This document shows, in pieces, positions 1-15,208 of a DNA stretch of 64,000 bases (the first letter of the stretch is position 1; every line of letters begins with the position of its first letter). The translations under genes and the position numbers were made by a program. The DNA is from the human T2T-CHM13v2.0 reference genome, Homo sapiens. The DNA lies in NCBI RefSeq assembly GCF_009914755.1, contig NC_060932.1. One strand, given 5' to 3'. The notes under the pieces are model-generated. The model ran no database searches. It was not told the DNA's origin and saw only the letters and a program-made list of their open reading frames with translations.

Positions 1-1119
1 AGGCCCTTAGGCATGGACAATATTTAAGCCGATGAAATAAATTATTGGCAAAATTAAATATCTGCTTGGCTGATATATGGGATGTGGGGGAGCTCTGATG
101 TGTTGCAACACATACTCCTTAAGTGACCACCCGTATTCCCTGCAGATAAGGAAAATTCTATTTGTATATTAATCTTGTGTCACTAACTAGTTCATTCAGA
201 TATTCAAGCTACTTTGAGTGAGCCAGAGTCCCCTCTCCAGGGAGCTCACACTTTAAGGGAAAGACAGATATTTACAGTATAAGTGAGCCTGAGAGGCAGG
301 ATCAAAATGTGGAGAAGAGGTGGAGACACCACACAGAAGCCGACCTTTGATTTCCTCTTGAAGGGCGTGGAGGAAGGTGTCAGGTAAAGAGAGTTAAGGG
401 GAGGCAGGGAACGATTGGAGCTTAACAGAGGTGGCCAGTTTTAGCAGAAGGATGGGCTGTCACGTTTGAGAAGATGTCAGTTGGGTGTTCCCCAAGAGAC
501 TGTCTACCCTGAGTGTTCAGAGGTTCGATGTCTTTTCAGGGAGTCTTTCTTCTAGTAGTCTCTTTTCTTAATAAAAGTAAACAAAAACACTTATATCCGT
601 ATGTTACTTTTCTCCTACTGTGAACAGATTTAATTATTCCTTTGAGAAGTCTCTGATTCCCAAATCATTAAATAATTAGTGACCTGATTGAGCACTGTTT
701 TGAGACTTATTTGCTACTTCTTAGACTACGAAATGAGAGAGGCTCAATTTCCTAACACTTACAAACCTTAGGGAAAGGACCAAGTTAATTCTGGCAAGGA
801 CCTCACTATATTATAAGTGATTACTGAGGAAAGGCAAAGATCTGAAGAATAGTGATGTCTCTCCAATCGGCATAATCACAATGCACTTTTTTGGAGGGCT
901 AGGGAGAGAATGCATGGATGTGGGGAGACTGGGCACCTGGTCATAGCCAATGTTTGGACACTGGGTTAGGAAAACTAGTCCATTTCTGCAACTTGGCCCA
1001 TTTTACAGAAGAGCAAACTGACTCAGAAACATGAAAGCTCACGTAAATATGACGTGTTTTCCCATTACATCACACACAGTGGACGGTAGAGTAATACAAA
1101 GGGTCTTTGCAGCTCTGTA

Positions 1120-1280
1120 CTAGATGCTAAGAGAATGCATTCTATGCAACTTCAGAAAATACAGACTCCCAGATCCTATTCAGACTTAACCAACACAAAC
1201 ATTCAGAAGTGGGATCGAGGAATGTTTTCCTGTTTTAAGCTAGGGTGATTCTAATGAGTATCTCTGATTAAGAACCACTC
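1120..1280. mobile_element. MER5A-like hAT-Charlie fossil
   Basis: Degenerate match to the recalled MER5A end (ggtgattctaatg...agaaccact). Confidence 0.55.
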
Positions 1281-1284
1281 TATT

Positions 1285-2265
1285 GAGTAAACAGACAACC
1301 TACAGAATGGGATAAAATTTTTGCAGACTATGCATCTGACAAAGGTCTAATATCCAGTATCTATAAGGAATTTAAATTTACAAGAAAAAAACCAAAACCC
1401 CATCAAAAAGTGGGCAAAGGACATGAGCAGACACTTCTCAGAAGAAGACATACACATGGTTAACAGTTATGTGAAAAAAAAGCTCAACATCACTGATCAT
1501 TAGAGAAATGCAAATCAAAACCACTTTGAGACACCATCTCACACCAGTCAGAGTGGCCATTATTAAAAAGTCAAGCAATAACAGATGTTGGCAAGCTTGT
1601 GGAGAAAAAGGAGTGCTTTACATTGTTGGTAGGATTGTAAATTAGTTCAACCATTGTGGAAGACAGTGTGGCGATTCCTCAAAGACCTAAAGATAGAAAT
1701 ACTATTCAATCCAACAATCCCATTATTGGGTACATACCCAACGGAATATAAATCATTCTATTATAAAGACACACACATGTGTATGTTTATTGTGGCACTA
1801 CTCACAATACCAAAGACATGGAATCAACTTAAATGTCCACCAATGATAGACTAAAGAAAATATGATACATATACACCATGGAATACTATGCAGCCATAAG
1901 AAAGAATGAGATCATGTCCTTTGCAGAAACATGGATGGAGCCAGAGGCCGTTATCCTTAGCACACTAATGCAGGAACAGGAAACCAAATACCACAATGTT
2001 CTCACTTATAAGGGGGAGCTGAATGATGAGAGCACATCAACACACAGAAGGGAGCAATACACACTGGGACCTATCAAAGGGAGAAGAGTGGGAGGAGGGA
2101 TAGGATCAGAAAAAAGAACTAACGGATACTAGGCTTAATACCTGGGTGATTAAATAATCTATACAACAAACCAACACGCATGACACATGTTTACCTAGGT
2201 AACAAACCTGCACATCCTGCCCATGAAGCCCTGAACTTAAAATAAGTTTTTTTTTTTTAAAAAAA
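1285..2265 (+). mobile_element. 5'-truncated older L1PA-type LINE-1 (ORF2 C-terminus plus 3'UTR)
   Basis: ORF2-like fragments (WKTVWRFLKDLK, MEYYAAIRKNEIMSFAETWME), L1 3'UTR and tail. TSD aagaaccactctat (1270-1283) / aagaatcactgtat (2264-2277). Confidence 0.93.
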
Positions 2266-3789
2266 GAATCACTGTATCATCAAATGCTCTATTTATACTT
2301 AAATCGTTTGGTTTGCTTGGTTCATTGATTTGTTTTCCCCCCTTTAGTCAGCCCAGTTTCTGTTAACACAGCATATCTGAAACCACTAACATTTGGAGTT
2401 TTGCCAGGCTTATTCTCAATGCATGCATTTGGCAAACTCATTCTTATTTATTCAGGATTGCAGTACTTAAGAAGGTTGTATTCACCAATTTCCTGCATGG
2501 CCTCAATTGAGTCTTGTCTGTAAAAGGATCATATGACGCCGCTGTTGGATTCCAGGATAAAAACCCGGGCATGCATCTCTGTCCTTGAACGAACTGAGAA
2601 AGCGGGTCTCCTTTCCGACTGTAGCCCTCAGAGGACTTCTGTGTATTCCCGGAGCCGGTGGCTTCCAGAGCCTCCAGAAGCCTCCAGTGCCGCCTGCTGG
2701 AAGAACATTTTATTTCATGCAACTTTACGAGGTTGAATGCGGTGAACCCGGGAAACTTGGAAATTCCCATAAAAAGGCAAAGGCTGTAAGCCACCCAATT
2801 CATATTCTCTTAATGTCAGCAAATAGAGGCCCACCCTAAAGGGAGATTCTGCAAAAAGGAGAGAGGGAGGAGAGGGCTGGAGAGAGGGAAGCAGGAAGAA
2901 AGGAAAAATCAGTTGCTGCTCTTTGGCTAGGCAGTCACCTGGTTAGGTGCCCTACATACTCTATCTCTCAGCCAATGCACAGCTGGGCAGCTTTATGGGA
3001 TGCATAGAAATAACAATATCAATATCATATGGAAAACATATGCCCTAAAACAACAAAAGCAAGATATTAGAACCCATGGACCTGATCCACATTGAATAAA
3101 TATTATATTGTATGCCAACATCGGCTCTAAGCCAATCAAAACAGCTCTCAACTCAATAAGTCTTCCATAAAATAACTACAAGGAAGTTATAGGACCCTAG
3201 GAACTACTCCAGCTAGAAGCAAAAATGAAGGGCTCTGGCAAGTTTTGACAAGGAAGATAGAAAGACACTATTTCAGGAGGGTGGCCTGGTAACACAGCTA
3301 CTTTATACCTAGGAAAATTTTAATCTTGGGGTAAATCAGAAACCATAAATAACATACAAATGAAGATCCTGGGTATTTTAATCTGCAGTTTTTCGGTTCT
3401 GTGAACATAAGTAAAAGTTGGTATCAGTCCCCGTGTGAGGCTTGGGGTCACTAGGCCCCTTTGTCACCGCCATTGCCACCCACAGCAGTAATTTTTTGAC
3501 AATGATGATTCTTTGTATAGGTATAGATATAGGAACATACAACCCTAGTTTTAAAAACTGAAAACGTGTGACTCTCTCATCCTACATCTCATAAAGTCAC
3601 TCATTCTGTTTATTCTTCTCAATAGCAGAGATTTTCTAAGTACAACAACAATAACAAAATTGCTGCAGGTAAGACTGATCATGCCATTGAGAATGGAGTG
3701 GCTTAGGGAAGGGAAAATTGTAGCAGAAGTTTTCAAAACAAAGGACTTTTGGCTCTCAGTGACACACCAGGAAAGTCTAAAGTCCTTCA

Positions 3790-4182
<393 letters not shown>

Positions 4183-4580
4183 TTAGAAAAAGGGTCAGAG
4201 ACTGAGATTTCACTAAGTTCCTGTTGTCTCTGTAATGTCCCCTGCCTCACAGACTAAACCATCTGATTTGTTTAGAAGGATCTGGAATCTCTCTTGGGTT
4301 TTTCAGCATCATGCAACAACTTAGGACATTTAGTCGTGTTGCGAGAGCAATTCCAGCCTTGAAAGAAAAGGCCAGGGCAGATGGCTGAAAACAACTTTAA
4401 AGGTTGACTGCGTGTTTAATGGTATTTATTTCCTTCCTCTGCCACTCTCAGCCTAATTGGTTCTAAAAGTCGGTATGAGGTAATATACAGAACATGAGCT
4501 TTGAAGTCAGGGAGACCTGAGTTCCAATCCCAGCTCTTCCGTGTGTCAGTTGAGCAGCACAGGCAGACTTAACTTAACCT

Positions 4581-4882
4581 TTCTTTTTTTTTTTTTTTTT
4601 TTTGAGACTGGGTCTCAGTCTGTCTCTCAGGCTGGAGTGCAGTGGCACAATCTCAGCTCGGCAACCTCTGCCTCCCAGGTTCAAGGGATTCTCGGGCCTC
4701 AGCCTCCTGAGTAGCTAGAACTGCAAGCAGGTACCACCATGCCTGGCTAATTTTTGTATTTTTAGTACAGATGGGGTTTCACCATGTTAGCCAGGATGGT
4801 CTCGATCTCCTGACCTCACGATCCAGCCACTTTGGCCTCCCAAAGTGCTGGGATTACAGGCATGAGCCACCGCACCTGGCCC
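4581..4882 (-). mobile_element. AluS inserted in a MIR (~4490-4990)
   Basis: Poly-T then antisense Alu; TSD acttaacctttct; MIR core motifs on both sides. Confidence 0.93.
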
Positions 4883-5785
4883 TTACTTAACCTTTCTGAA
4901 CATTGGTTGCTTCATGTATAAAATGGGAATACAATGGGCCTATCTCATAAGCTCTTCCTAACAGGTTGTAGAAAGGAAAGGAGAAAGTGTGTGATCCCCT
5001 TAGCCTGGTGCCAGCCTCCTCGGAGGAACCCAGAGAATGAGCATGATCATGGTGCTGAAGATGAGATGTTCATGTGGGAAGAGGGAAGAACTTGGCAGTG
5101 CTCTTCTCCCACCTTCTAGGGTGGAAATGACCTAAATGTCCTAAAACCTGGCCTCTGCCCTGCATGGATTAACCCGCCCAGCCACTAGAAGGTGGAGGGA
5201 AAGACCGAGGCTCCAAAAGGAAAATGTTTGAAAGGCTCAGCATGATGATGAAGGATGGGACCTCGTAGCCTGCACTGTACCACCTGCTTCCTCAATGTCA
5301 TTTCTGGCACCTCGCACGATGCGTGGGACATGGTAGGCATTGCATGAATATTTACTGAGTGGATCCTCTGGCCCCAGGCATGTGGATGAGCAGAGAGAGC
5401 CAGGCCCTGGGCAACTCTGTTGCTTCCTTTGTGCCTGGCCACTCATGGTGGCAGTAGCTTCTGTGCCCTGTCTGTGCCCTGGCCCAACCACTTACTAGCC
5501 CTGGGATCCCAGGCAGATTAATGACCCCCCTGAGGCTCAGTTTGCTAATCTGCAAAATGGGGATAACAATTTCACATAGCTGTTTATAGGATTAAAATGT
5601 AAGATATAAAAGGCACATCTTACAGTACCTAGCACACAGTAAAAACTTAATGCCAGCTGTTTAAATTGCCATCTTCACTATCATAGTGTTATTACTAGAA
5701 TTATTATTCTGGCTACATGCTGATTGTTATGTTATTCTAGAACCTGGCTTCTGGCCCCCGGGTCACCAATTTCAGGCCACTCTCA

Positions 5786-6196
<411 letters not shown>

Positions 6197-6388
6197 GAGA
6201 ATCCTGTGGTTAGAGGACGCCCTCTTCAGGTAGTGACCCTTCTCTTGCAACATCATGTTTATTCAAGGTTGCTCATTCCTGTTCATCCATGTGTGGAATG
6301 TCTCTTGGACAGCCTGGGAGTTTGAGGGCTGAAATTGAAGTGAAGCTACTATGTGTCCAGTCATGGGTGGCTGATAAGAGCCTGGGAT

Positions 6389-6667
<279 letters not shown>

Positions 6668-7069
6668 GGCCGGGATTTAAATACATCTTCTGCAAAGGGG
6701 CTTCCACGTGTAGAAATTTTCTGTCATGCCTAAAATTCAACCCCCAGAGAGTCATTCCTTCTGCATCTGGAGAACATGGTCTTCCAGGGAGCATTATTAC
6801 ATGGCACTACTCCTAGAGAAATCACTCCTGAAGGTGCCATTACAATAGCAGCAGCATAAGAAGAGAAGTGAATATCATTTGCACATTAATATCATTATCT
6901 TATGCCAGGCACAGCGCTGAGCCCTTTATGTGCATGATCTCACTATATTCCAACAGTTTGAGGTGGGCATGGCCAGCCCCATTTTTATACATAAGGAAAC
7001 TGTGCTTCAGGGAGATTAGGAAACATGAGCTAAGTCATGCAATTAGTAGGTGGTGGACCTGGGCACAGT

Positions 7070-7540
7070 GCCAAAAACTGGGTGGGTGAAAACAATAGCA
7101 ATTGTTTTTCTGACAGTTCTGGAGATTAGACGTCCCAAATCAAAGTGTCAGCGGGGGAAACCTACCTGGGAGAAACCTTCTGAAACCTGGAGGAGAGACT
7201 CTTTCCTTGCCTCTCCCTAGCTTCCCGTAGGGGTCAGTAATCCTTGGTGCTCCTTGGCTTGCAGCTGCCTCGCTCCAATCTCTGTCTCTGCTGTCACATG
7301 GCCTTGCCTCTGTGTGCCTGTGTCTTCACCTGGCATTCATCTACCTGTGGGTCTCTCTCCTCCTCCTTTAAGGACACGAGCCATATTGGATTAAGGAGTC
7401 ACTCTCCTCCAGTGTCAGCTCATCTTAATGTAGGTAATTACATTTGCAATTATCCTCTTTCCAAATGAAGTCCCATTGTGCGGTACTGGGGATTAGGACT
7501 TCAATATATCTTTTTGCGGAACCACAATTCAACCCATAAC
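7070..7540. mobile_element. MLT1-family (MaLR) solo LTR
   Basis: Recalled MLT1 motifs (acagttctggag, aaatcaaagtgtcagc, ggattaggacttcaatatatc, acaattcaacccataac). Confidence 0.8.
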
Positions 7541-7889
7541 ATTCAGTAAAATATGTCACGTGTCATGTGAACTAAAACATGCTCTTACCAAGCAAAAATA
7601 TGATACCTTGAAGTTCATATTCTATTTCACTCTTAAATTTTTAAAAAACCATATAAAAGCTCCAGGTGGCCACTTGAAGAAGGACAAAATTGAAGGACAC
7701 TTTCAGTTTCTTTGTCCTTATAATTCCTGTGTTAGCTTTATTTTAAATCTACTGTTTAAATTCAAATAAGTGTATTACTACCAGGGTTGTAGACAAAAAC
7801 TGTGCCTCAGGTGAGTTCAAATCACTCACAGCTGTGATAAACTTGTTCTCTGAATGAAAGCATGTATTTGTGTTCCCATGTATAATTAG

Positions 7890-8078
7890 TAGACTTGCCA
7901 GATGAAATACAAGACATCTGTTAAATTTAAATTTCAAGCAAACAACAATGTTTATTTTGGTATAAGTATGTCTGAAATAAACATGAGGCATATTTATACT
8001 AAAAATCATTTGCAGTTTACCTGGAATTCGAATTTAACTGGGCATCTCTTATCTTTATTGTTAAATCTAGCATCTCTA
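7890..8078. mobile_element. MER53 palindromic MITE
   Basis: Matches recalled MER53 (tagggttgccagataaaatac ... aaatctggcaacccta); the arms are reverse-complementary. Confidence 0.8.
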
Positions 8079-9559
8079 GCTGAGAGACCTTGGAATTAAC
8101 TTTCATGTGGAATACAAGGCTTATTAGAGGTTAAGAAACAAAAATGTGCTAAGTTGAAGCTTTCACACATATCATTAAAATTCAATAGTAACCATGACAA
8201 TTATTTGCAATGGCGACCTACAAAATAATTTTTCAGGAAAGACTATTTTATCACTGACATGATTTAAAACTGCCAAACACAACAATAACAAAAGCAACCT
8301 AATTTTTAGTCAGTTTTATAATTGTTTTTACGTTTTCAACAGATAATGCGGCCTCTTATTGTTTGCATGGGAAGCTGGTGGTATCCACTGTCCCACCGTT
8401 AGTCCATTACTGACTGTGAATATTAAACATATAACATGAGCGGAACACAGTCTCAAAAGCCCTCTTTCACATCCATTATTCAATTTAATCCTTGTAGTGG
8501 CCCTTTGGATAGGCCGATGTGGTTTAAAAAGTATGTAAATGAGAAAGCTTGTGTGACTGACTTACCCACAGCCATGCACTTCCCGCAAGGTAGATCAAGG
8601 GCCAGTGGCCCTGTCTGTTAACCTTTTGCCCGGGACACCTTGGTTCTAATGCTAGTTTTACCACAAACTAAACTGACTTGAGCCACTTTATTTATCTTGG
8701 CCTCACTTTCCTCATGTATAGAAAAAGACAGAGTTGAGCCAGGTGACTTTTGAGATGTCTTCTAGCTCTGAGATTCTACAGTTCAGATCTTGGGACCAGT
8801 TCAGACCCAGGCATTTAGCCTCTTACCGTTGGCTGGGAGCAAGAGAGGAGAGCCGGGACACAGCACAGGGATGTGGGAGTGGTGTCGAAGCATCCCAGAC
8901 TTTACCTCTGTCATCATTTGGCCCTGGAGCAGTGAAGTGCCGCTGTGCAAACAGCAAACAATACACACTGCACTGCACTCGCCCCTAAAACTAGAGAATG
9001 GTGCCAAGGAATCTTGCTGGGAACGCCCTTCTCATCAGCTCACACTCACACACGCCAAGAGCATGTACGCACACCGTACACACAAAGTCAAAGGACCGAG
9101 ACTCTTCAGGTTCTATATGAGAGCCTTATTAAGGACGCTTCAAAATTCTCACCATCAGCCAGTGGACAGGGGGTCAGCAGCCCCATTAATCTACTTCCAG
9201 GGTGGGTCTGATCTCATTGACACCCATGTGAATCCAGTGACTTGGTCTCTAGCACAGAGTTTTATTCAAGCCTCAGTGCACTTGCTATCTCTGCCACTCA
9301 GTTTTTGTGTTTTATTATTACCTTTGTGAATTTTTAAGATATTATGTGGGTGTGCAGGCAGATGAGGCCTGGAGAGTGTGCTGGGCTGGGAGAAGACAGA
9401 AAAGCAGGTAAGGAAGAACATTAAAAGCAAAGAGAAGAGAAAGGCCTGAGGAATCCTCTTATTGCCTGCATCTAACATATATATGTATGTATGTATAATA
9501 CCTATAATTCATATACATATATATCAAAATAATAACTGCAGCAGTAACAAATAGAACAA

Positions 9560-10100
9560 TAGATATATTTAATTGCAAGACCGAATAGAGTAACATACTT
9601 TTTTCCTTCCAAGTTAATTTACGGATTTAACACAATCCCAGAGCTGGAAAAGGCTCTATGAAGCAGACTATCTGCTACGTCAGGGGTGACTTCATAAATC
9701 AGCACAACACTTCGAAAGCAAGTTGGAAATATGTGTAAAGAATTAAAAAATATCAAAGCCCATTGGCCATAATTTACCTCTGGGAATCTGCCCTAAAGAA
9801 ATAATCCAAAATAAAAAAAAACCTATGTGTTCATAGATGCTCAGTACAGTATTTATAATAATGAAAAACTGGAAGGAATTTAAATGCTTACTAATGGAGA
9901 ATGGTTATGGAAAAACATAAAAGGGATATTATGCAGATATTAAAATTATTGCACAGCAAATAATGTTAAGGAAAAAAGTACAACATAAGTCTCTATTGTT
10001 ATAACTGGCAAAAAGCTTAGAAGCAAATGTTTTTAAAAGTTGCCTTTTTGATTTGGATGGTAGGTAACTTCTTTCCTTTCTAAATATTCTGTAATTTTCC
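9560..10100 (+). mobile_element. Highly diverged L1M-type fragments
   Basis: Weak L1 3' motifs (ctctgggaatctgccctaaagaaataat, tttataataatgaaaaactggaa). Confidence 0.5.
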
Positions 10101-10529
10101 TGTTATAATAAGAGAAAAGTAAAATGTAGACCAAAATTGAGTTAGTAAAGTGTACTTTATTTTTTATGACGCAACTAACCACATCCCATATTTGGCCTGC
10201 CAAATATCACTACTCACCTGGTAGCCTTTTTCCTTAATTGTGGACACAGTCCCTGAGAAGAAAAATATTAATCTTATAAACTAAAACAATTACACAAGAA
10301 GTATTTTATCTCAAAGCAGCCCCTGCATAGAGCAGGCCTGGGTACACAGTTTACCGCAGTGAGTCAACCTGCAGGGCTGCACTGGCTCTGGAGCAGGCTC
10401 AGGGGAGGGCAGTGTCTATAAAGAGATCTGGCCCATGTAATGTGTTTGTTATATCTCAAGAGGACAAGTTATAGGAAGAACCCAAGAAAGAACCGTAAAT
10501 GAGATGAAGGCCATTGTTTTTAATCCCCC

Positions 10530-10897
10530 TGTTTTAACCTGTTCTCATGCTGCTAATAAAAATATACTCACTCAAGACTGGGTAATTTAAAAAGGAAAGA
10601 GGTTTACTGGACTCACAGCTCCACATGGCTGGAGAGGTCTCACAATTGAGGCTGAAGGCAAAGGAGGAGCAAAGTCACATCTTACATGGCGGCAGGCAAG
10701 CGAGGGCATGTGCAGGGGAGCTCTCCTTTATAAAACCATCAGTGCTCATGAGACTTACTCACTATCACCAGAACAGCACAGGAAAAACCCTCCCCCATGA
10801 TTCAGTTACCTCCCACTGGGACACTGCCACGACAGGTGGAAATTATAAGAGCTACAATTCAAGATGAGATTTGGGGGGAAACAGCCAAATCATATCA
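10530..10897 (-). mobile_element. THE1 (THE1C/D-like) MaLR solo LTR
   Basis: TG...CA ends, ~368 bp; motifs catggcggcaggcaag, ctttataaaaccatcag, gctacaattcaagatgagatttgg. Confidence 0.9.
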
Positions 10898-11103
10898 CCC
10901 TTTCACTACAATTTCTCCATTCAGACACTGGTTTAATCTCCTGCTGAACTATGTGTATTTCTGTAAGCCATCTCAAATTTATATTGGAACAAGATGATTA
11001 TCTACATAAATAAAACAGTCAGATTAAAACAACATGAGAATCAACTCTACATGCAGCACTATTGAAGGCATATGGGATGAGGGGCGAGCAGTTAGAATTC
11101 TCA

Positions 11104-11497
<394 letters not shown>

Positions 11498-12439
11498 GAG
11501 ATGAAGGGGAAAAAAATTATAAGAAAAGAGAAGGATCAGGGAACTGTAGGTCTGGGAGAGATACCAAAATAAAAAAGACATCCCAAGGAAGACAGACTGC
11601 CTTGTGGACCACAGAACACGTAAGAACATAATAGCACCACTATGAAATAAATTGAGTTTTGGTTTGGCTTCATATTTCTGCTTTCTGGTTGAGGTACTGG
11701 GGAACCTCATTTGGATTCAAGTGCAAACACATCTTGTTCATTTTGATTTATCTGAGAAATTTCAATCAAGTATCTTAGCACAGCACAGTACTCAGGCTGT
11801 CATTCCTTTGAAAAAGACAGGTGATGTATGGGTGCAACCACCGCAGGGTCTTCTGCACGCTGGGCTTTGCGGCTGCCCTGGAAGCTACTAAGCTTATCAA
11901 TCTTGGCCCTTGGCTGGCACATTCAGCCTCTATTGTTAGAGGCTGCTGAACATGGCTTAGGTCCTGGTCAAAAGATTATGTGAAAGTTTAAACAGACACT
12001 GAAATTATTCTGTTTTTCTTTGCTTGAATGATGAACTGAGCTATTATTCCTGAAGGGTATGGCCTGGGTTTTTATTACTATGCAGATGAGCTAAGGTTAT
12101 TTCACTCTGCTGTCAAATTAAAAAGCTGTGCTTTCTTTTTGAACAGCTCACACGATGCTGGGACAGGGACATCACTGAATTTTTCTGCAGCAAATTGAAG
12201 ACCAAATGGGAATTTCTGCCTCAATCAGCATCCATTGGGAATCAACTTGATGTGAGGCGTTATGCTAAATAAGGCAAGTTAAAGAGATATATACAGATGA
12301 CATGAGCCCTGCTTCCAGGTTGCTGAGAAGGAGCACCTCACAGAGATCAAACAGAACATTTACGTACGAAAAAGAGTTCAATAATGGCATGAGGAGGCAA
12401 TGTGAATAATTTCAGGCTGGAGAGTAGGAAAGTCATTAA

Positions 12440-13260
<821 letters not shown>

Positions 13261-13699
13261 CTAATTGCCTCTTGCTTCTCTTGCACTGTGCGAAGTGCTT
13301 TATGTAAGACGTGTATTTGAACACTCTTGGCAATTCCATGAGGCAGATGTTATTTGGAGGAATTACAATGTGTCCCCTCGGGCCCACAGCAATGTTTTAG
13401 AGTCCTCATCAGGGCAAGGTCTGTTGGATGTTTCCCATAAGGTTTCACAGGGCAGTGTTCCTCACTTTGGTAAATTTACTCTGGACCAAGGTGTATGGAC
13501 TTTGGCCTCGCTGGATCAGAAACACTTTTTCAAATTGCCAACGTTTTCATTAACAGTGAGAGAGAAAACTGCCCAATGAACAGGCGTGAACACCACGTGC
13601 TGAGTATATTCCTTTCTATGAAGTCAGACCCACATGGGAAGCCAACCGAACAACAGCACCACTGCAAGCCTCCAGCATTTATCTCTACGTTAGGACTTT

Positions 13700-14222
13700 C
13701 CCCCACAAAGCTCAGCCCAAGTCAAAGCTCCCTCTGCTTTGGGCAGAGCTTGGTGAGAGAGCTGATTCATCTCCTTTGCTCCTGTTTTCATTCTCCATGC
13801 TTCTCTTTCCTGCTCTGTGCCCCAAGACCCCAGCCTTTACAGCTTGCCTGCTGGGTTTATTTCTTTTGACTTCTGGTCAGACACCAGTGGGAGTCACCAG
13901 CAGGACAGTTGATGAACAGGAAGAGAAGGAATCGGGATATTTCCCCAAACTTCCCACTGCAGGCTCATCAATTTGGCGGTGGCTATTTTCATGTACAGCC
14001 GAGCTCTATCTAGCCAGGTCCAGTGATGTCATTTCTCCTTCCAAGCCTGGGGCAGCGGCGGAGGAGGGGATAGCTCCCAACTGTGCAAAAGCCCTGGAGG
14101 TTCCACCATCTCTTGTTGGTTCTCTTAGGTCTATCCACACCTTTGTTAACCTCCTTATGAAACTCTCTTCAATTAATCTTTAAGTGTGCTACCTGTTTTC
14201 TACCAGCACCCAGACTGATACA
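13700..14222 (+). mobile_element. LTR33-like ERVL solo LTR
   Basis: 3' end resembles recalled LTR33 (cacacctttgt...aaactctcttcaatta...gtgtgctacctgtttt...gactgataca); 5' boundary approximate. Confidence 0.6.
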
Positions 14223-14324
14223 ATGTCACTGCCAGGGATTGACTTGAAGGCTTTCCATTGTCTGTACTTCAAAGATTAATCAACTCACCAACTCGTCTAT
14301 GAATTAACTAGTGCTTTTCTTGAG

Positions 14325-14514
14325 CAGTGCCGTCCAACAGACCTTTCTGTGTTGACGGAAATGTCCTCGATCTATGTTGTCCCACTAGCCACATTATCGG
14401 TGGGCACTTAAAATGTGACCAGTGAGACTGGGGAACTAAATTTTTAACTTTGTTTAAATTTACTCAATTTTAGTTTAAATAGTTACACGTGAGCCACCAT
14501 ACTAGCTGATGCAG
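14325..14514. mobile_element. MER3 hAT-Charlie element
   Basis: cagtgccgtccaacagacctttctgtg...ggaaatgt...cactagccaca...cacttaaaatgtg...gaactaaattttta. Confidence 0.75.
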
Positions 14515-15208
14515 GTCTGGCCATGTCATCAGTCAAGTACTGTTGACCTGGTAGTTATTTTTCCTTCAAATGACATATCTGTGTCTCATCATTTATGGGA
14601 GCAGTCTTCCTAATTTCCAAGATATTGATGGAAAACTCACCATAGCCCCCAGGAACTACAACAATATTATCTAGAGAGATTAAGCAACTTGCCAGCATGG
14701 GCTGCATGACAATACTTATGACAGCGTTAGTTAAACAAGAGAACAGTGTTACACAGGAAACTATTTCATGGGTTCCCTGTTTCTGTAGGAGAAGTGGAAC
14801 AAAACTTTCCCCCTTCATCCCGATAGCAAAGAATTCAGCAGCAAGCTAACAATATCACAGTAGCATGTAAGTTCCTGGCGGATAGTGACTTGCTGATAGT
14901 GAATTAGGAAGGGGAATTGGACATGCACAGGACGGGCTTTCTCCTCCTCCTAGGAACCAGCTGTCTGTAGGAAACCTACGATCAGCTCTGCTCCTCCAAG
15001 GAAAACTGCAATCAGCTCTGCTTCTCCATCAGGAAACAGTATAGGGAAGGCTGCCAGGTGGAGAGCCTGAATTGACCTGAGGTGTAGGTGTGTCTGATCC
15101 GGGGGCTCAGTGCCCAAATTCCTTCTGGTCAGCAGGTACAAACTGCCCTAGCATTTATCAGTAATAAAAGGGTCATCTAGGTGTTCCATCTGCCTTCCTC
15201 TTGTCTAA

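Noticed and set aside
2396-2439. Small inverted repeat gagttttgcca...tggcaaactc around the palindrome aatgcatgcatt
   Set aside because: Stem too short for a pre-miRNA and compatible with chance.
8790-9329. 179-aa ORF in largely unique sequence
   Set aside because: TTG start, no recognisable homology or exon structure.
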